NCBI GenBank assembly: GCA_964534905.1
Contig: CAZHPZ010000002.1
Location: 3,745-67,744 of the forward strand
DNA length: 64,000 nucleotides
Direction: 5' to 3'
From: an uncultured Lachnospiraceae bacterium
GTDB lineage: Bacteria; Bacillota; Clostridia; Oscillospirales; CAG-272
The position numbers were made by a program, and so were the translations under genes. This document shows positions 37,721-46,162 of this stretch, one piece after another. The notes under the pieces are model-generated. The model saw nothing but the letters and a program-made list of their open reading frames with translations, searched no databases and was not told the origin of the DNA. Every line of letters begins with the position of its first letter. Within the stretch, counting starts at the first letter, position 1.

Positions 37721-38827
37721 TTAAGCGCAAAATGCGTTTTCAATAAAATATTTTTTATCAATATAAATAAATGCAAGCTCAACAATTCCATCATCGGACG
37801 TATTCTCGGTCTGAGCGCCTACCCAAAGATTACGTTTTATCACTTCAACATATGCTGTCGGGTTATAATCTTTTTTACTTGAAAGCGTTCCGCCGCCCGT
37901 TATATTGCCGAACATCTGTCCCCAGCCATTCTCATAATTGAGATACTCTTGGAAATCGTTATAGTGGTTGTAGGTATAGAATACGTAGCGCTCGTCCATT
38001 TCGATATATCCGTTACCGTTTTTGTCATACTGCGAATAAACTATTCTCGCCGCACCACGCGTAACATAAGTTCCGGTGTTATAAACCTTGGCAGGATATT
38101 TCGGATCACAGTCTGTTCCGGTAGTTCCGATATCTATTTCATAATATTGGAACGTTCCGCCGCAGCCCGATATATTAGGCAGCTTAGGTTCATACGGATA
38201 TTTACTCGTATTTCCCGAAAAACTGCTATGATTACCTCGTGCATATTCGCCCCATTTGTTACTGTGGCTGCCCTGAAGCTTTGCGGACGTATAGTTAGCG
38301 GGGACGGTGGAAAATGCGAGAACGTATGCCGCAACCTCTTCAAGCGTTACGTAAGCTCCGCCCTTGAATATGCGATTTACTATATTGCCCTCTGAGTCGA
38401 TTATGTAGTATATATTTCCGTCATCGGAGAATATAGCAGACGTGTTTCTTATATATTTACCGTCTTCGGCGGGACGGTTCTCCGCTATCGTCGGAGCCTG
38501 ATCCTGTGCGTCTATGGAGCCTGACATCAGGTAATGCTGAGATCTGTAATAAGCGTCCATATACGACGTTGCGGGCGTATAATTTTCATAAAACTCTTCT
38601 GTATCCACATCAACATACGGATCGCTCTCCGGTCCGTCATCATCTTCTCCCGGAATTATGGGAGTGGTATCCTTTTTAGTTGTAGTTGTAGTTGTAGTTG
38701 TGGTAGTTGTGGTTGTTGTAGTTGTTGTGGTATTTGTACTTCCCGTTGTACCGCCGGGGATAATATCACAAGATACTATCATACTCATAATAACGAGTAT
38801 AATGAGTAATTTCTTCAAAATCTTCAT
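37721..38827 (-). CDS. secreted lipoprotein with a C-terminal barnase/RNase Sa-type (N1/T1 superfamily) ribonuclease domain
   Basis: The lipobox is MIVSC, followed by an 18-residue poly-Thr linker. The C-terminal region is collinear with barnase: VTLEEVAAYVLAFSTVPANYTSAK (cf. FDGVADYLQTYHKLPDNYITKSEA), YYEIDI (catalytic Glu context), TRGAARIVYS (cf. RNSDRILYS) and FYTYNHYNDFQEY (cf. YKTTDHYQTFTKI, catalytic His). Confidence 0.7.
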   Translation of the reverse strand: MKILKKLLIILVIMSMIVSCDIIPGGTTGSTNTTTTTTTTTTTTTTTTTTKKDTTPIIPGEDDDGPESDPYVDVDTEEFYENYTPATSYMDAYYRSQHYLMSGSIDAQDQAPTIAENRPAEDGKYIRNTSAIFSDDGNIYYIIDSEGNIVNRIFKGGAYVTLEEVAAYVLAFSTVPANYTSAKLQGSHSNKWGEYARGNHSSFSGNTSKYPYEPKLPNISGCGGTFQYYEIDIGTTGTDCDPKYPAKVYNTGTYVTRGAARIVYSQYDKNGNGYIEMDERYVFYTYNHYNDFQEYLNYENGWGQMFGNITGGGTLSSKKDYNPTAYVEVIKRNLWVGAQTENTSDDGIVELAFIYIDKKYFIENAFCA

Positions 38828-38897
38828 ATAATCTCCTTAAATATGCATAAACTATATTATTATACCACATTTTTTATCTTTTGAAAAGAGATTAATA

Positions 38898-38926
38898 TTG
38901 AATTTTCTTATAAATTGTGTTAAAAT
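38898..38926 (+). promoter_or_regulatory. sigma-A promoter (TTGAAT-17-TAAAAT with an extended TGn)
   Basis: TTGAAT tttcttataaattgTGt TAAAAT, 28 nt upstream of the xth ATG. Confidence 0.5.
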
Positions 38927-38954
38927 GATCATAATAACTCAAAGGAGATAAAAA

Positions 38955-39707
38955 ATGAAATTTATATCTTGGAACGTTAACGGCTTCAGAGCGTGTTTAA
39001 ATAAAGGATTTGCAAATTTTTTTCAAGCGGAGGACGCAGATTTCTTTTCAATACAGGAATCGAAAATGCAGCCCGGACAAGCCGAATTCAATCCCGAAGG
39101 ATATTTTCAATATTGGTACAGCGCGGAGAAAAAAGGATACAGCGGAACGGCTGTTTTTACAAAGCACGAGCCGATTTCCGTCAGATACGGGCTCGGAATT
39201 GACGAGCACGATCACGAGGGACGTGCGATAACTCTCGAATATGACAGCTTCTATCTCTTAAACGTTTATACCCCTAATGCTCAAAGGGAGTTAACACGCC
39301 TTGATTACAGAATGACATGGGAGGATGCTCTTCGCAGCTATATGATTGAGCTTGACAAGAGCAAGCCCGTTATATATTGCGGAGATCTTAATGTAGCACA
39401 CAACGAAATAGATCTCAAAAATGCCAAGTCCAACAGAGGAAACGCCGGCTTTACCGATGAGGAGCGAGGCAAATTCACCGAGCTTCTCGACAGCGGATTT
39501 TGCGACACATTCCGATCGCTCTATCCCGAAAAGGAACAATACTCATGGTGGAGCTATATGTTCAGTGCAAGAGCGAAAAATATAGGTTGGAGAATCGATT
39601 ACTTTGTGGTTTCCGAGCGTATTTTGAAAAATGTTAAGGAAAGCAGAATTTACACCGATATTATGGGCAGTGACCACTGTCCCGTCGGAATAGAGATAGA
39701 TATATAA
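38955..39707 (+). CDS. xth: exodeoxyribonuclease III
   Basis: MKFISWNVNGFRA, QESK, YCGDLNVAH, WSY......GWRIDY and SDHCPV are present. Confidence 0.93.
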   Translation: MKFISWNVNGFRACLNKGFANFFQAEDADFFSIQESKMQPGQAEFNPEGYFQYWYSAEKKGYSGTAVFTKHEPISVRYGLGIDEHDHEGRAITLEYDSFYLLNVYTPNAQRELTRLDYRMTWEDALRSYMIELDKSKPVIYCGDLNVAHNEIDLKNAKSNRGNAGFTDEERGKFTELLDSGFCDTFRSLYPEKEQYSWWSYMFSARAKNIGWRIDYFVVSERILKNVKESRIYTDIMGSDHCPVGIEIDI

Positions 39708-39743
39708 AAGAAGTCTTCGGTACTTATGTACTGAAGACTTCTT
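39708..39743. terminator. 16-bp hairpin between convergent xth and tdk
   Basis: AAGAAGTCTTCGGTAC-TTAT-GTACTGAAGACTTCTT. The T-run is better on the minus (tdk) side. Confidence 0.6.
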
Positions 39744-39748
39744 GCACT

Positions 39749-40321
39749 TTATTTATCCTTTGTTGCCTTTTTCCAGCAGGAATGGCACATTGCTACATAG
39801 GAATCGTTACCGCCGAGAAGTATCTGACTTCCCTCTGTGATAACTCTTCCCTCTTCGTTAATTCTCGCGTTGACTACCGCCTTTTTACCGCATGAGCAAA
39901 TCGTCTTTATCTCACTTATGGAATCGGCAATCTCAAAAAGCCTATGACTTCCCTCAAATGTATGAGTTAAGAAATCTGTTCGAAGTCCGAAGCAAAGCAC
40001 GGGAATATCAAGCTCATCTACTATCCGACGCAGACCGTTTATCTGCGATGCGGTAAAGAATTGGCACTCATCGGCAATTATCACGTGACAGCTTCGATGA
40101 TTTTTAAATTCCTCGAAAATATCGGTATCGGGTGTAATTATATATGCCCTTTGCTCAAGTCCTATACGAGAGCGTATTATTTCCGCTCCGTCTCGGGTAT
40201 CAACGGACGGCTTTATAAGCCACACCTTCATTCCGCGCTCCTCGTAATTAAACTTTGTTATAAGAGCATTTGCTGTCTTGGAGGAGCCCATAGCACCGTA
40301 TTTAAAATATAATTTAGCCAT
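39749..40321 (-). CDS. tdk: thymidine kinase
   Basis: The P-loop is GAMGSSKT. DECQFF and a C-terminal zinc ribbon (CSCGKKA...CHSCW) are present. AAGGAGAG lies 8 nt upstream of ATG 40321. Confidence 0.93.
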   Translation of the reverse strand: MAKLYFKYGAMGSSKTANALITKFNYEERGMKVWLIKPSVDTRDGAEIIRSRIGLEQRAYIITPDTDIFEEFKNHRSCHVIIADECQFFTASQINGLRRIVDELDIPVLCFGLRTDFLTHTFEGSHRLFEIADSISEIKTICSCGKKAVVNARINEEGRVITEGSQILLGGNDSYVAMCHSCWKKATKDK

Positions 40322-40323
40322 TA

Positions 40324-41553
40324 TCAAACTCTCCTTGCGTCCTTGGCATTAAGAATAATTCTTTCCACTATATCGACAACTCTCTCAAGAGATTGAACGG
40401 ATATATACTCAAAGCGTGAGTGGAAATTCTCACCGCCCGTACAAATATTCGGGCAAGGAAGTCCCATAAACGAAAGTCTTGCTCCGTCAGTGCCTCCTCT
40501 GATAGGAATTATTACAGGCTTAACTCCGACCTGCTCCATAGCTACAGACGCACGCTCTACCGTATAGAAATGCTTATCTATGATCTCCTTCATATTGAAA
40601 TAAGAATCCTTAACGGCCGCTGTGCAGGAGCCGCTTCCGTACTTTTCGTTTATCTTATTCGCAACATCGATTATCAATGCCTTTTTAGCATTGAATTTTT
40701 CCATATCGTGATCTCTGATTATATAATTTAATGTCGCACTCTCACATTCTCCGCTCATTTCGATGAGATGGAAAAATCCCTCATATCCATCTGTGCGTGC
40801 GGGAATTTCGTCCTCGGGAAGCATAGAATTGAAATCCATAGCCATAAGAAGTGCGTTTTTCATTTTATTCTTTGCGGATCCGGGATGTATCGAAACGCCG
40901 TGAAATTCTATTTTTGCAGCTGCCGCATTGAAGTTTTCATATTCTATCTCTCCAAGTGCGCCGCCGTCCACGGTATAAGCATAATCGGCACCGAATTTCG
41001 CAACGTCAAAGTGATCTGCGCCTCTGCCTATTTCCTCGTCGGGAGTAAAGCAAATTCTGATTTTTCCGTGCTCCGCTCCGCTCTTTATAATTCTCTCAAC
41101 GGCACTGACGATTGCACAAACACCCGCCTTATCGTCCGCTCCGAGAAGTGTGGTACCGTCTGTAACTATCAAATCATTACCGACATAATTATTAAGCGAG
41201 GGGTACTCCTCCTTTGTAAGGTATATGCCCTTTTCGCTGTTAAGACAGATATCGTTACCGTCATAGTGAGTTATTTTTGCGTTGATCGGATAATCGGGAC
41301 ACGCGTCGCTTGTGTCCACGTGTGCAACAAGTCCGAGCGTTATCTCGCTGTCATCGGTATTTGCGGGAAGTGTTGCGTAAAGATATCCTTTATCGTCAAG
41401 CTCAACCTCCTCAAATCCTATCGCACAAAGCTCGTCCGCAATAGCTCTGCTGAGAACGAGCTGCTTCGCGCTACTCGGTACTGTATCACTAAGCTCATCG
41501 GACATAGTCGGATAAGAAACATATCTTAAAAATCTTTCTGTTATTTTATTCAT
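40324..41553 (-). CDS. pepT: peptidase T (M20B tripeptide aminopeptidase)
   Basis: ERFLRYVSYPTMSDE, LVAHVDTS, GADDKAG, TPDEEIG and RGGTDGA are present. Confidence 0.92.
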   Translation of the reverse strand: MNKITERFLRYVSYPTMSDELSDTVPSSAKQLVLSRAIADELCAIGFEEVELDDKGYLYATLPANTDDSEITLGLVAHVDTSDACPDYPINAKITHYDGNDICLNSEKGIYLTKEEYPSLNNYVGNDLIVTDGTTLLGADDKAGVCAIVSAVERIIKSGAEHGKIRICFTPDEEIGRGADHFDVAKFGADYAYTVDGGALGEIEYENFNAAAAKIEFHGVSIHPGSAKNKMKNALLMAMDFNSMLPEDEIPARTDGYEGFFHLIEMSGECESATLNYIIRDHDMEKFNAKKALIIDVANKINEKYGSGSCTAAVKDSYFNMKEIIDKHFYTVERASVAMEQVGVKPVIIPIRGGTDGARLSFMGLPCPNICTGGENFHSRFEYISVQSLERVVDIVERIILNAKDARRV

Positions 41554-41648
41554 AAGCCTATATAACCTCCAAAACAATTTTCTTATTTAGTATATCATAT
41601 ATTTTTCATCTCGGCAAGAGCAAAATTAAATAAATTAGCGGTATTTAC

Positions 41649-41677
41649 TTTACAAAAAATAATCTATGTGATATAAT
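41649..41677 (+). promoter_or_regulatory. sigma-A promoter (TTTACA-17-TATAAT with an extended TGn)
   Basis: TTTACA aaaaataatctatgTGa TATAAT, 36 nt upstream of ATG 41713. Confidence 0.5.
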
Positions 41678-41712
41678 TAATTCTACAAATAATCATTAAA
41701 GGAACAAAAATA

Positions 41713-43008
41713 ATGAAAGGCTATAAAGGCTTCAGCTGGTTCAAGTTAGACAACGCCGCAAAGATATATCCGGCATCGCACAACAGATATTGGAGCAATC
41801 TTTTCAGAATGTCCGCCACTCTCGATGAGAATGTGGATCTCGCTGTACTTGACGAGGCTGTTAAAAATACTATACCTCGATTTCCGAGCATTGCCGCAAG
41901 GCTTTCGGAGGGTGTTTTTTGGTACTATTTGCGCCCCGTTGACACACCTCCGCCGATCATTGCCGATTACAGCTATCCCTTAGCTCATATGAGCAAAAAA
42001 GAAATGAAAAGCTGTGCTTTCCGTGTCATTGTTTATAAAAACAGAATCGCACTCGAAATTTTTCACGCACTGACAGACGGAACCGGCGGACTGATTTTTC
42101 TGAAATCATTGGTAGCGGAATATCTCGAATTAAAGCATAATATCGAAATCCCATGCGAATACGGTATACTTTCACGCAAGGAGCATCCGAAGCACTACGA
42201 AACCGAGGATTCATATCTGAAAAATTCGGCACCGATAAAGGAAACGAGAAAGGACAGTGATGCGTGGAGAATCGACGGAACTCCCGAGGAGGACGCATTC
42301 TTAAACATCACTAATTTTCAGATGTCCTCGGAGCTCATTCATATTATGGCTCGTGAGCAAGGCGTTTCGGTTAATACATTTTTATGTGCCGTACTGATGA
42401 GAGCAATCCTCAGGCTTGAGGTCGATACGGTTTCAAATCCCAAGAAATACAAGCCAGTAAAGGTGCTTATTCCCATAAATCTCAGACCTATATTCAACAG
42501 CAAGACCTTACGTAATTTTGCATTGTATACCATTCCCGAAATAGATCCGCGACTCGGAGATTACAGCATCGAAGAAATATGTAATCTCGTTCATCACAGG
42601 GTCGGAATGTACGCAACGCAAAAGAATATGGCAAAAATGATAGAAACCAATGTTGCCGATGAGCGTTTGCTGATATTAAGGATAGTCCCCCTCGCCCTCA
42701 AAAACATCGTTATGAAGGCGGTATTCAACACAGTCGGCGAAAAGAAATCCTGTCTGAGCTTTTCAAATCTCGGCGTGGTAAAGCTTCCGGAAAATATGGA
42801 GGAGCATATCGAAAGAATTGATTTTATATTGGGACCTCAGGCAAGAGCACCCTACAACTGCTCCGCCTATACTTACAGAAATATACTAAACGTTACCTTT
42901 TCACGTGACATAAAGGAGCCGAAGCTTGAAAAATACTTTTTCGCCGAACTTCAGTCTCTCGGAATAGAGGTCACGGTGCAATCCAATCAAAGAGACAGGA
43001 GGTCATAA
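41713..43008 (+). CDS. condensation/alcohol-acetyltransferase-like acyltransferase (HxxxD family)
   Basis: The catalytic-type motif is IFHALTDGTGGLIF (HxxxDG). The 431-aa length is typical of two-lobed CAT-fold acyltransferases. I saw no signal peptide. Confidence 0.65.
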   Translation: MKGYKGFSWFKLDNAAKIYPASHNRYWSNLFRMSATLDENVDLAVLDEAVKNTIPRFPSIAARLSEGVFWYYLRPVDTPPPIIADYSYPLAHMSKKEMKSCAFRVIVYKNRIALEIFHALTDGTGGLIFLKSLVAEYLELKHNIEIPCEYGILSRKEHPKHYETEDSYLKNSAPIKETRKDSDAWRIDGTPEEDAFLNITNFQMSSELIHIMAREQGVSVNTFLCAVLMRAILRLEVDTVSNPKKYKPVKVLIPINLRPIFNSKTLRNFALYTIPEIDPRLGDYSIEEICNLVHHRVGMYATQKNMAKMIETNVADERLLILRIVPLALKNIVMKAVFNTVGEKKSCLSFSNLGVVKLPENMEEHIERIDFILGPQARAPYNCSAYTYRNILNVTFSRDIKEPKLEKYFFAELQSLGIEVTVQSNQRDRRS

Positions 43009-43009
43009 T

Positions 43010-43705
43010 ATGTATTGTGCTAATTGCGGCGTAAAGCTTGCAGACACGGAAAAAAGATGTCCGCTTTGCGGAACAGAGGCATATCACCCGAGCATTGAAC
43101 GAGCAGAGGTCGATCCCCTATTTCCGAATAATTATATGCCGAAGAAGGAGGTCAGCAAGACCGCCGTTGAGATATCGGTGCTCACCTTATTTTTAATAGC
43201 GTTTTCGGTGCCGTTATACATAGATTATATCATCACTTCAAGTATTACGTGGTCGGCATACGTTGCCCTGTCCGTTCTTCTCACCTATCTTGTAGCGGTG
43301 CTTCCTACATGGTTCAAGCGTCCGACGCCTGCAGTATTCGTACCCGTTGATTTTCTGGGCATTGCGTTCTTGCTGCATTACATAAATTACGCAACTAACG
43401 GAGACTGGTTCTTAAGCTTTGCTTTTCCCGTGGTTCTCTACCTCGGAACACTTGTAACAACCTGCTCGGTGCTTATGTTTTATCTCAAAAAGGGATATCT
43501 TTATGTTATCGGCGCTTTCTTTATAGCACTCGGAGTTTTCATAAACATAATAGAGCTTTTCCTCTCGATAACCTTTACACCCATTCGCTTTATAGGTTGG
43601 TCTATGTGTGCGACAATTCCTCTTGCCCTTTTCGGTCTTGCAATTATTATTATTGCCATAAATAAAAACGCGCGAGAAATTCTCGCACGAAAGCTTCATT
43701 TTTAA
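43010..43705 (+). CDS. zinc-ribbon N-terminal domain fused to a polytopic (~6 TM) membrane domain
   Basis: MYCANCGVKLADTEKRCPLCGT has CxxC-x10-CxxC, followed by six hydrophobic segments. AGGAGG is present. The start lies 2 nt after the acyltransferase stop. I recall such proteins being labelled DUF6320, but that is unverified. Confidence 0.7.
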   Translation: MYCANCGVKLADTEKRCPLCGTEAYHPSIERAEVDPLFPNNYMPKKEVSKTAVEISVLTLFLIAFSVPLYIDYIITSSITWSAYVALSVLLTYLVAVLPTWFKRPTPAVFVPVDFLGIAFLLHYINYATNGDWFLSFAFPVVLYLGTLVTTCSVLMFYLKKGYLYVIGAFFIALGVFINIIELFLSITFTPIRFIGWSMCATIPLALFGLAIIIIAINKNAREILARKLHF

Positions 43706-43722
43706 TTCTTAAGGAGAAAAAT

Positions 43723-44277
43723 ATGAGAAAAAATTTCGGTTCCAAAACTTGGGCTTATCCTATGCCCGTATTTATCATCGGCACATACGACGAAAGCGGT
43801 ATGCCAAATGCTATGAATGCAGCTTGGGGCGGTATATATGATACCAATCAAATTATGATCTGTCTTGCTCACGAGCACAAAACAACCGATAATATTAAAA
43901 GAAGAGGTGCGTTTACCGTTAGCTTTGCTACTGCAGAAACCGTAATTTCCTGCGATTACGTAGGTCTTGTATCGGCAAATGATGTCCCCGACAAATTTGC
44001 AAAAAGCGGATTTCATGCAACAAAAAGCGATATTGTTGACGCTCCGATAATTGACGAGCTTCCTATGACTCTCGAATGCAAGCTCATAAAATTCAATGAA
44101 GACGGAATATGCATAGGCGAGATAGTCAACGTATCCGCAGACGAAAAACTACTCACGGAGAGTGGCAAGATCGACGTCAAAAAGCTTGATCCGATCACAT
44201 ACGACAGCTGCTCTCATTCATATATAAGACTTGGTGAAAAAGTGGGACAGGCGTTCTGCGACGGAAAGAAAATATAG
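43723..44277 (+). CDS. flavin reductase-like FMN-binding protein
   Basis: PMPVFIIGTYDESGMPNAMNAAWGG is the typical split-barrel flavin reductase N-terminal pattern. Confidence 0.8.
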   Translation: MRKNFGSKTWAYPMPVFIIGTYDESGMPNAMNAAWGGIYDTNQIMICLAHEHKTTDNIKRRGAFTVSFATAETVISCDYVGLVSANDVPDKFAKSGFHATKSDIVDAPIIDELPMTLECKLIKFNEDGICIGEIVNVSADEKLLTESGKIDVKKLDPITYDSCSHSYIRLGEKVGQAFCDGKKI

Positions 44278-44280
44278 TAC

Positions 44281-44313
44281 AAAATATGCTGTTGCTAAGC
44301 AACAGCATATTTT
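44281..44313. terminator. bidirectional terminator
   Basis: AAAATATGCTGTTGC-TAA-GCAACAGCATATTTT. Confidence 0.75.
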
Positions 44314-45150
44314 TTATTGACAGCCGCAGGGCTTATCGCTTCGTTTCATTTGTTGAGGAGTAGGGCTGCTCCCTATTCCGAATTCCTGTGTCGGGAAAGC
44401 CATGCATTTGAAAATATCACACGGATTTTCTTCGGAATGCGACATACATTCCTTATCGGGGACACTGTATTCGGACGCTTGGATGAGATACTGTGCCGGA
44501 CGCACTATACGAACTACCGAAAATACGCCTATGGAAATCACGAGATTTCTGTTGCCCGAATCGGTAAGTTCTCCGTTAACGGTTCTTACTACGCCCTCGG
44601 GGATATCCGAGCAGCAGCAACAGCAATGGCATACGTTTTCATATTTTCTCTCAACTATTTTTGCATTTAATATTATAGGGTCAACCACCTCTACCACGGC
44701 GGTAGGCATATTGCCCTCACTACACGAAGGCTCGACGGGCGTATCGCAAAAGCTGCCAACTCCGTTACTCTTAAAAACATTGAGATTACTCTCGCCGCCG
44801 AAAAGGATAACATTCTTGTCAACAACCGCAACTCCGTCAAACTCCTGCGACCTGCCCTGTCCCATACAAGCCTCAAAGGTGACCTTGATGTAAAGTCTGA
44901 TATTTACGCCGTAAAATCCCTTATTGAACGCTATGGGATCCACCGTGATATTGCTCCACGCAATGCAGGAGCTCTTTACTCTTATATTTCCCGTTCTTTC
45001 TATGATTTCATTACCGAAGCAGGTCAAAAACACCTGCACGTTTTCATAGCAATCCCTATCTCTGCACGAATCCAAAACTCGATTTGCCTCAATGCATACC
45101 GTTTCACGCGTGCCGCCCGTGCCCGAACAAGTAAATCTATTATCCGGCAT
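44314..45150 (-). CDS. Cys-rich protein of unknown function (278 aa) immediately downstream of sigG
   Basis: GGAGGG lies 9 nt upstream of ATG 45150. There are about 21 Cys residues, including VCIEANRVLDSCRDRDCYE and the run CHCCCCCS. No signal peptide or TM segment is present. Confidence 0.65.
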   Translation of the reverse strand: MPDNRFTCSGTGGTRETVCIEANRVLDSCRDRDCYENVQVFLTCFGNEIIERTGNIRVKSSCIAWSNITVDPIAFNKGFYGVNIRLYIKVTFEACMGQGRSQEFDGVAVVDKNVILFGGESNLNVFKSNGVGSFCDTPVEPSCSEGNMPTAVVEVVDPIILNAKIVERKYENVCHCCCCCSDIPEGVVRTVNGELTDSGNRNLVISIGVFSVVRIVRPAQYLIQASEYSVPDKECMSHSEENPCDIFKCMAFPTQEFGIGSSPTPQQMKRSDKPCGCQ

Positions 45151-45233
45151 ATCCTTACCCTCCAAAAAAATTATAAGGAAGAAAATTCTTTCTTCCCTAT
45201 CATATTATGCAAAATACGATGATTTGACAACAC

Positions 45234-46007
45234 CTAAAACTGTTTTCTCATTCTTTGAAGCGCACCCTTTTCAAGACGGGATACCTGCGCCTGCGATATT
45301 CCGATTTTTTGTGCTATCTCGGTTTGCGTTTTGTTTTTGAAAAATCGCATATCTATTATCGAACGCTCCCTGTCGCTGAGCACTCTCATTGCCTCCGACA
45401 ATGCTATTCTTTCAAGCCAAAGCTCATCTGCCGGCTCTGCGTCGCTCAATTGATCTATAACATATATGGAGTCACCGTTATCCGTATATACAGGCTCATA
45501 AAGGGATATCGGGGCGGCTATCGCCTCCATGGCACGGCTGACGTTTTTCTTGCTCTCACCGAGCTTTACCGCTATCTGATCTACGCTCGGCTCGTTCTCA
45601 TTATCTCTCATCAGCTCCTCACGTGCGCTTAAAGCATGATATGCAAGATCACGTGTGGATCGGCTTATTCTAATTGAATTGTTATCCCGAAGATACCGTC
45701 TTATCTCACCTATTATCATCGGAACCGCATATGTTGAAAACTTAACGTCCAAATCGGTATTAAAATTATCAACCGCTTTAATGAGTCCGACACACCCAAC
45801 CTGAAAAAGGTCATCAAGGCACTCGGCTCTTCCCGTGAACCTTTGAATCACGCTCAAAACAAGCCGTAAATTACCGTATATCAGCTCCTCGCGCGCATGC
45901 GCATCTCCGCACTTTGTTCTCGCCAACAATTCTTTCTTTTTTTCGTCGGACAGCACCCTAAGCTCCGACGTATTGACTCCGCATATCTCAACCTTACCGT
46001 AATACAT
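45234..46007 (-). CDS. sigG: sporulation sigma factor SigG
   Basis: KVEICGVNTSELRVLSDEKKKELL...GNLRLVLSVIQRF...DDLFQVGCVGLIKAVDNF...VKFSTYAVPMIIGEIRRYLRDN..IR.SRS closely matches the SigG pattern. The region 4 HTH is TQTEIAQKIGISQAQVSRLEK. Confidence 0.88.
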   Translation of the reverse strand: MYYGKVEICGVNTSELRVLSDEKKKELLARTKCGDAHAREELIYGNLRLVLSVIQRFTGRAECLDDLFQVGCVGLIKAVDNFNTDLDVKFSTYAVPMIIGEIRRYLRDNNSIRISRSTRDLAYHALSAREELMRDNENEPSVDQIAVKLGESKKNVSRAMEAIAAPISLYEPVYTDNGDSIYVIDQLSDAEPADELWLERIALSEAMRVLSDRERSIIDMRFFKNKTQTEIAQKIGISQAQVSRLEKGALQRMRKQF

Positions 46008-46038
46008 AACACCTCCAAAAAGCAGAAGCTTATGCAAA

Positions 46039-46069
46039 AAGTATTGCCTGAGCCCAAACAGTGTTATTC
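46039..46069 (-). promoter_or_regulatory. forespore-type (SigF/SigG-like) promoter candidate for sigG
   Basis: The minus strand reads GAATA-16 nt-GGCAATACTT. This fits GnATA / GGnRAnAnTW as I recall the SigF consensus. It lies 31 nt upstream of the ATG. Confidence 0.35.
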
Positions 46070-46116
46070 ACGCAAATCCGAGTAAAATATTCCAATTTAA
46101 AGTTTCATTTACGTAT

Positions 46117-46150
46117 AAAAAAGAGTACCGTTATTTACGGTACTCTTTTT
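46117..46150. terminator. terminator separating the E2-like gene from sigG
   Basis: AAAAAAGAGTACCG-TTATTTA-CGGTACTCTTTTT. Confidence 0.7.
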
Positions 46151-46162
46151 AGCTATATGTAC

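Noticed and set aside
38641-38760. Short tandem repeats (AGTTGT)n as a possible CRISPR or minisatellite element
   Set aside because: The repeat is in-frame coding sequence for a poly-Thr linker. It lacks the spacer/repeat organisation of a CRISPR array.
37000-39000. Barstar-like immunity gene next to the barnase-like RNase
   Set aside because: No ~90-aa ORF with a barstar-like sequence exists on either strand. The only small ORFs are antisense shadows within the RNase and M32 genes.
45151-45165. TTG start for the Cys-rich ORF. The same applies to the TTG starts at 40327 (tdk), 41577 (pepT) and 62955 (nrdG).
   Set aside because: In each case a downstream ATG has a properly spaced Shine-Dalgarno sequence and gives the N-terminus typical of the family.
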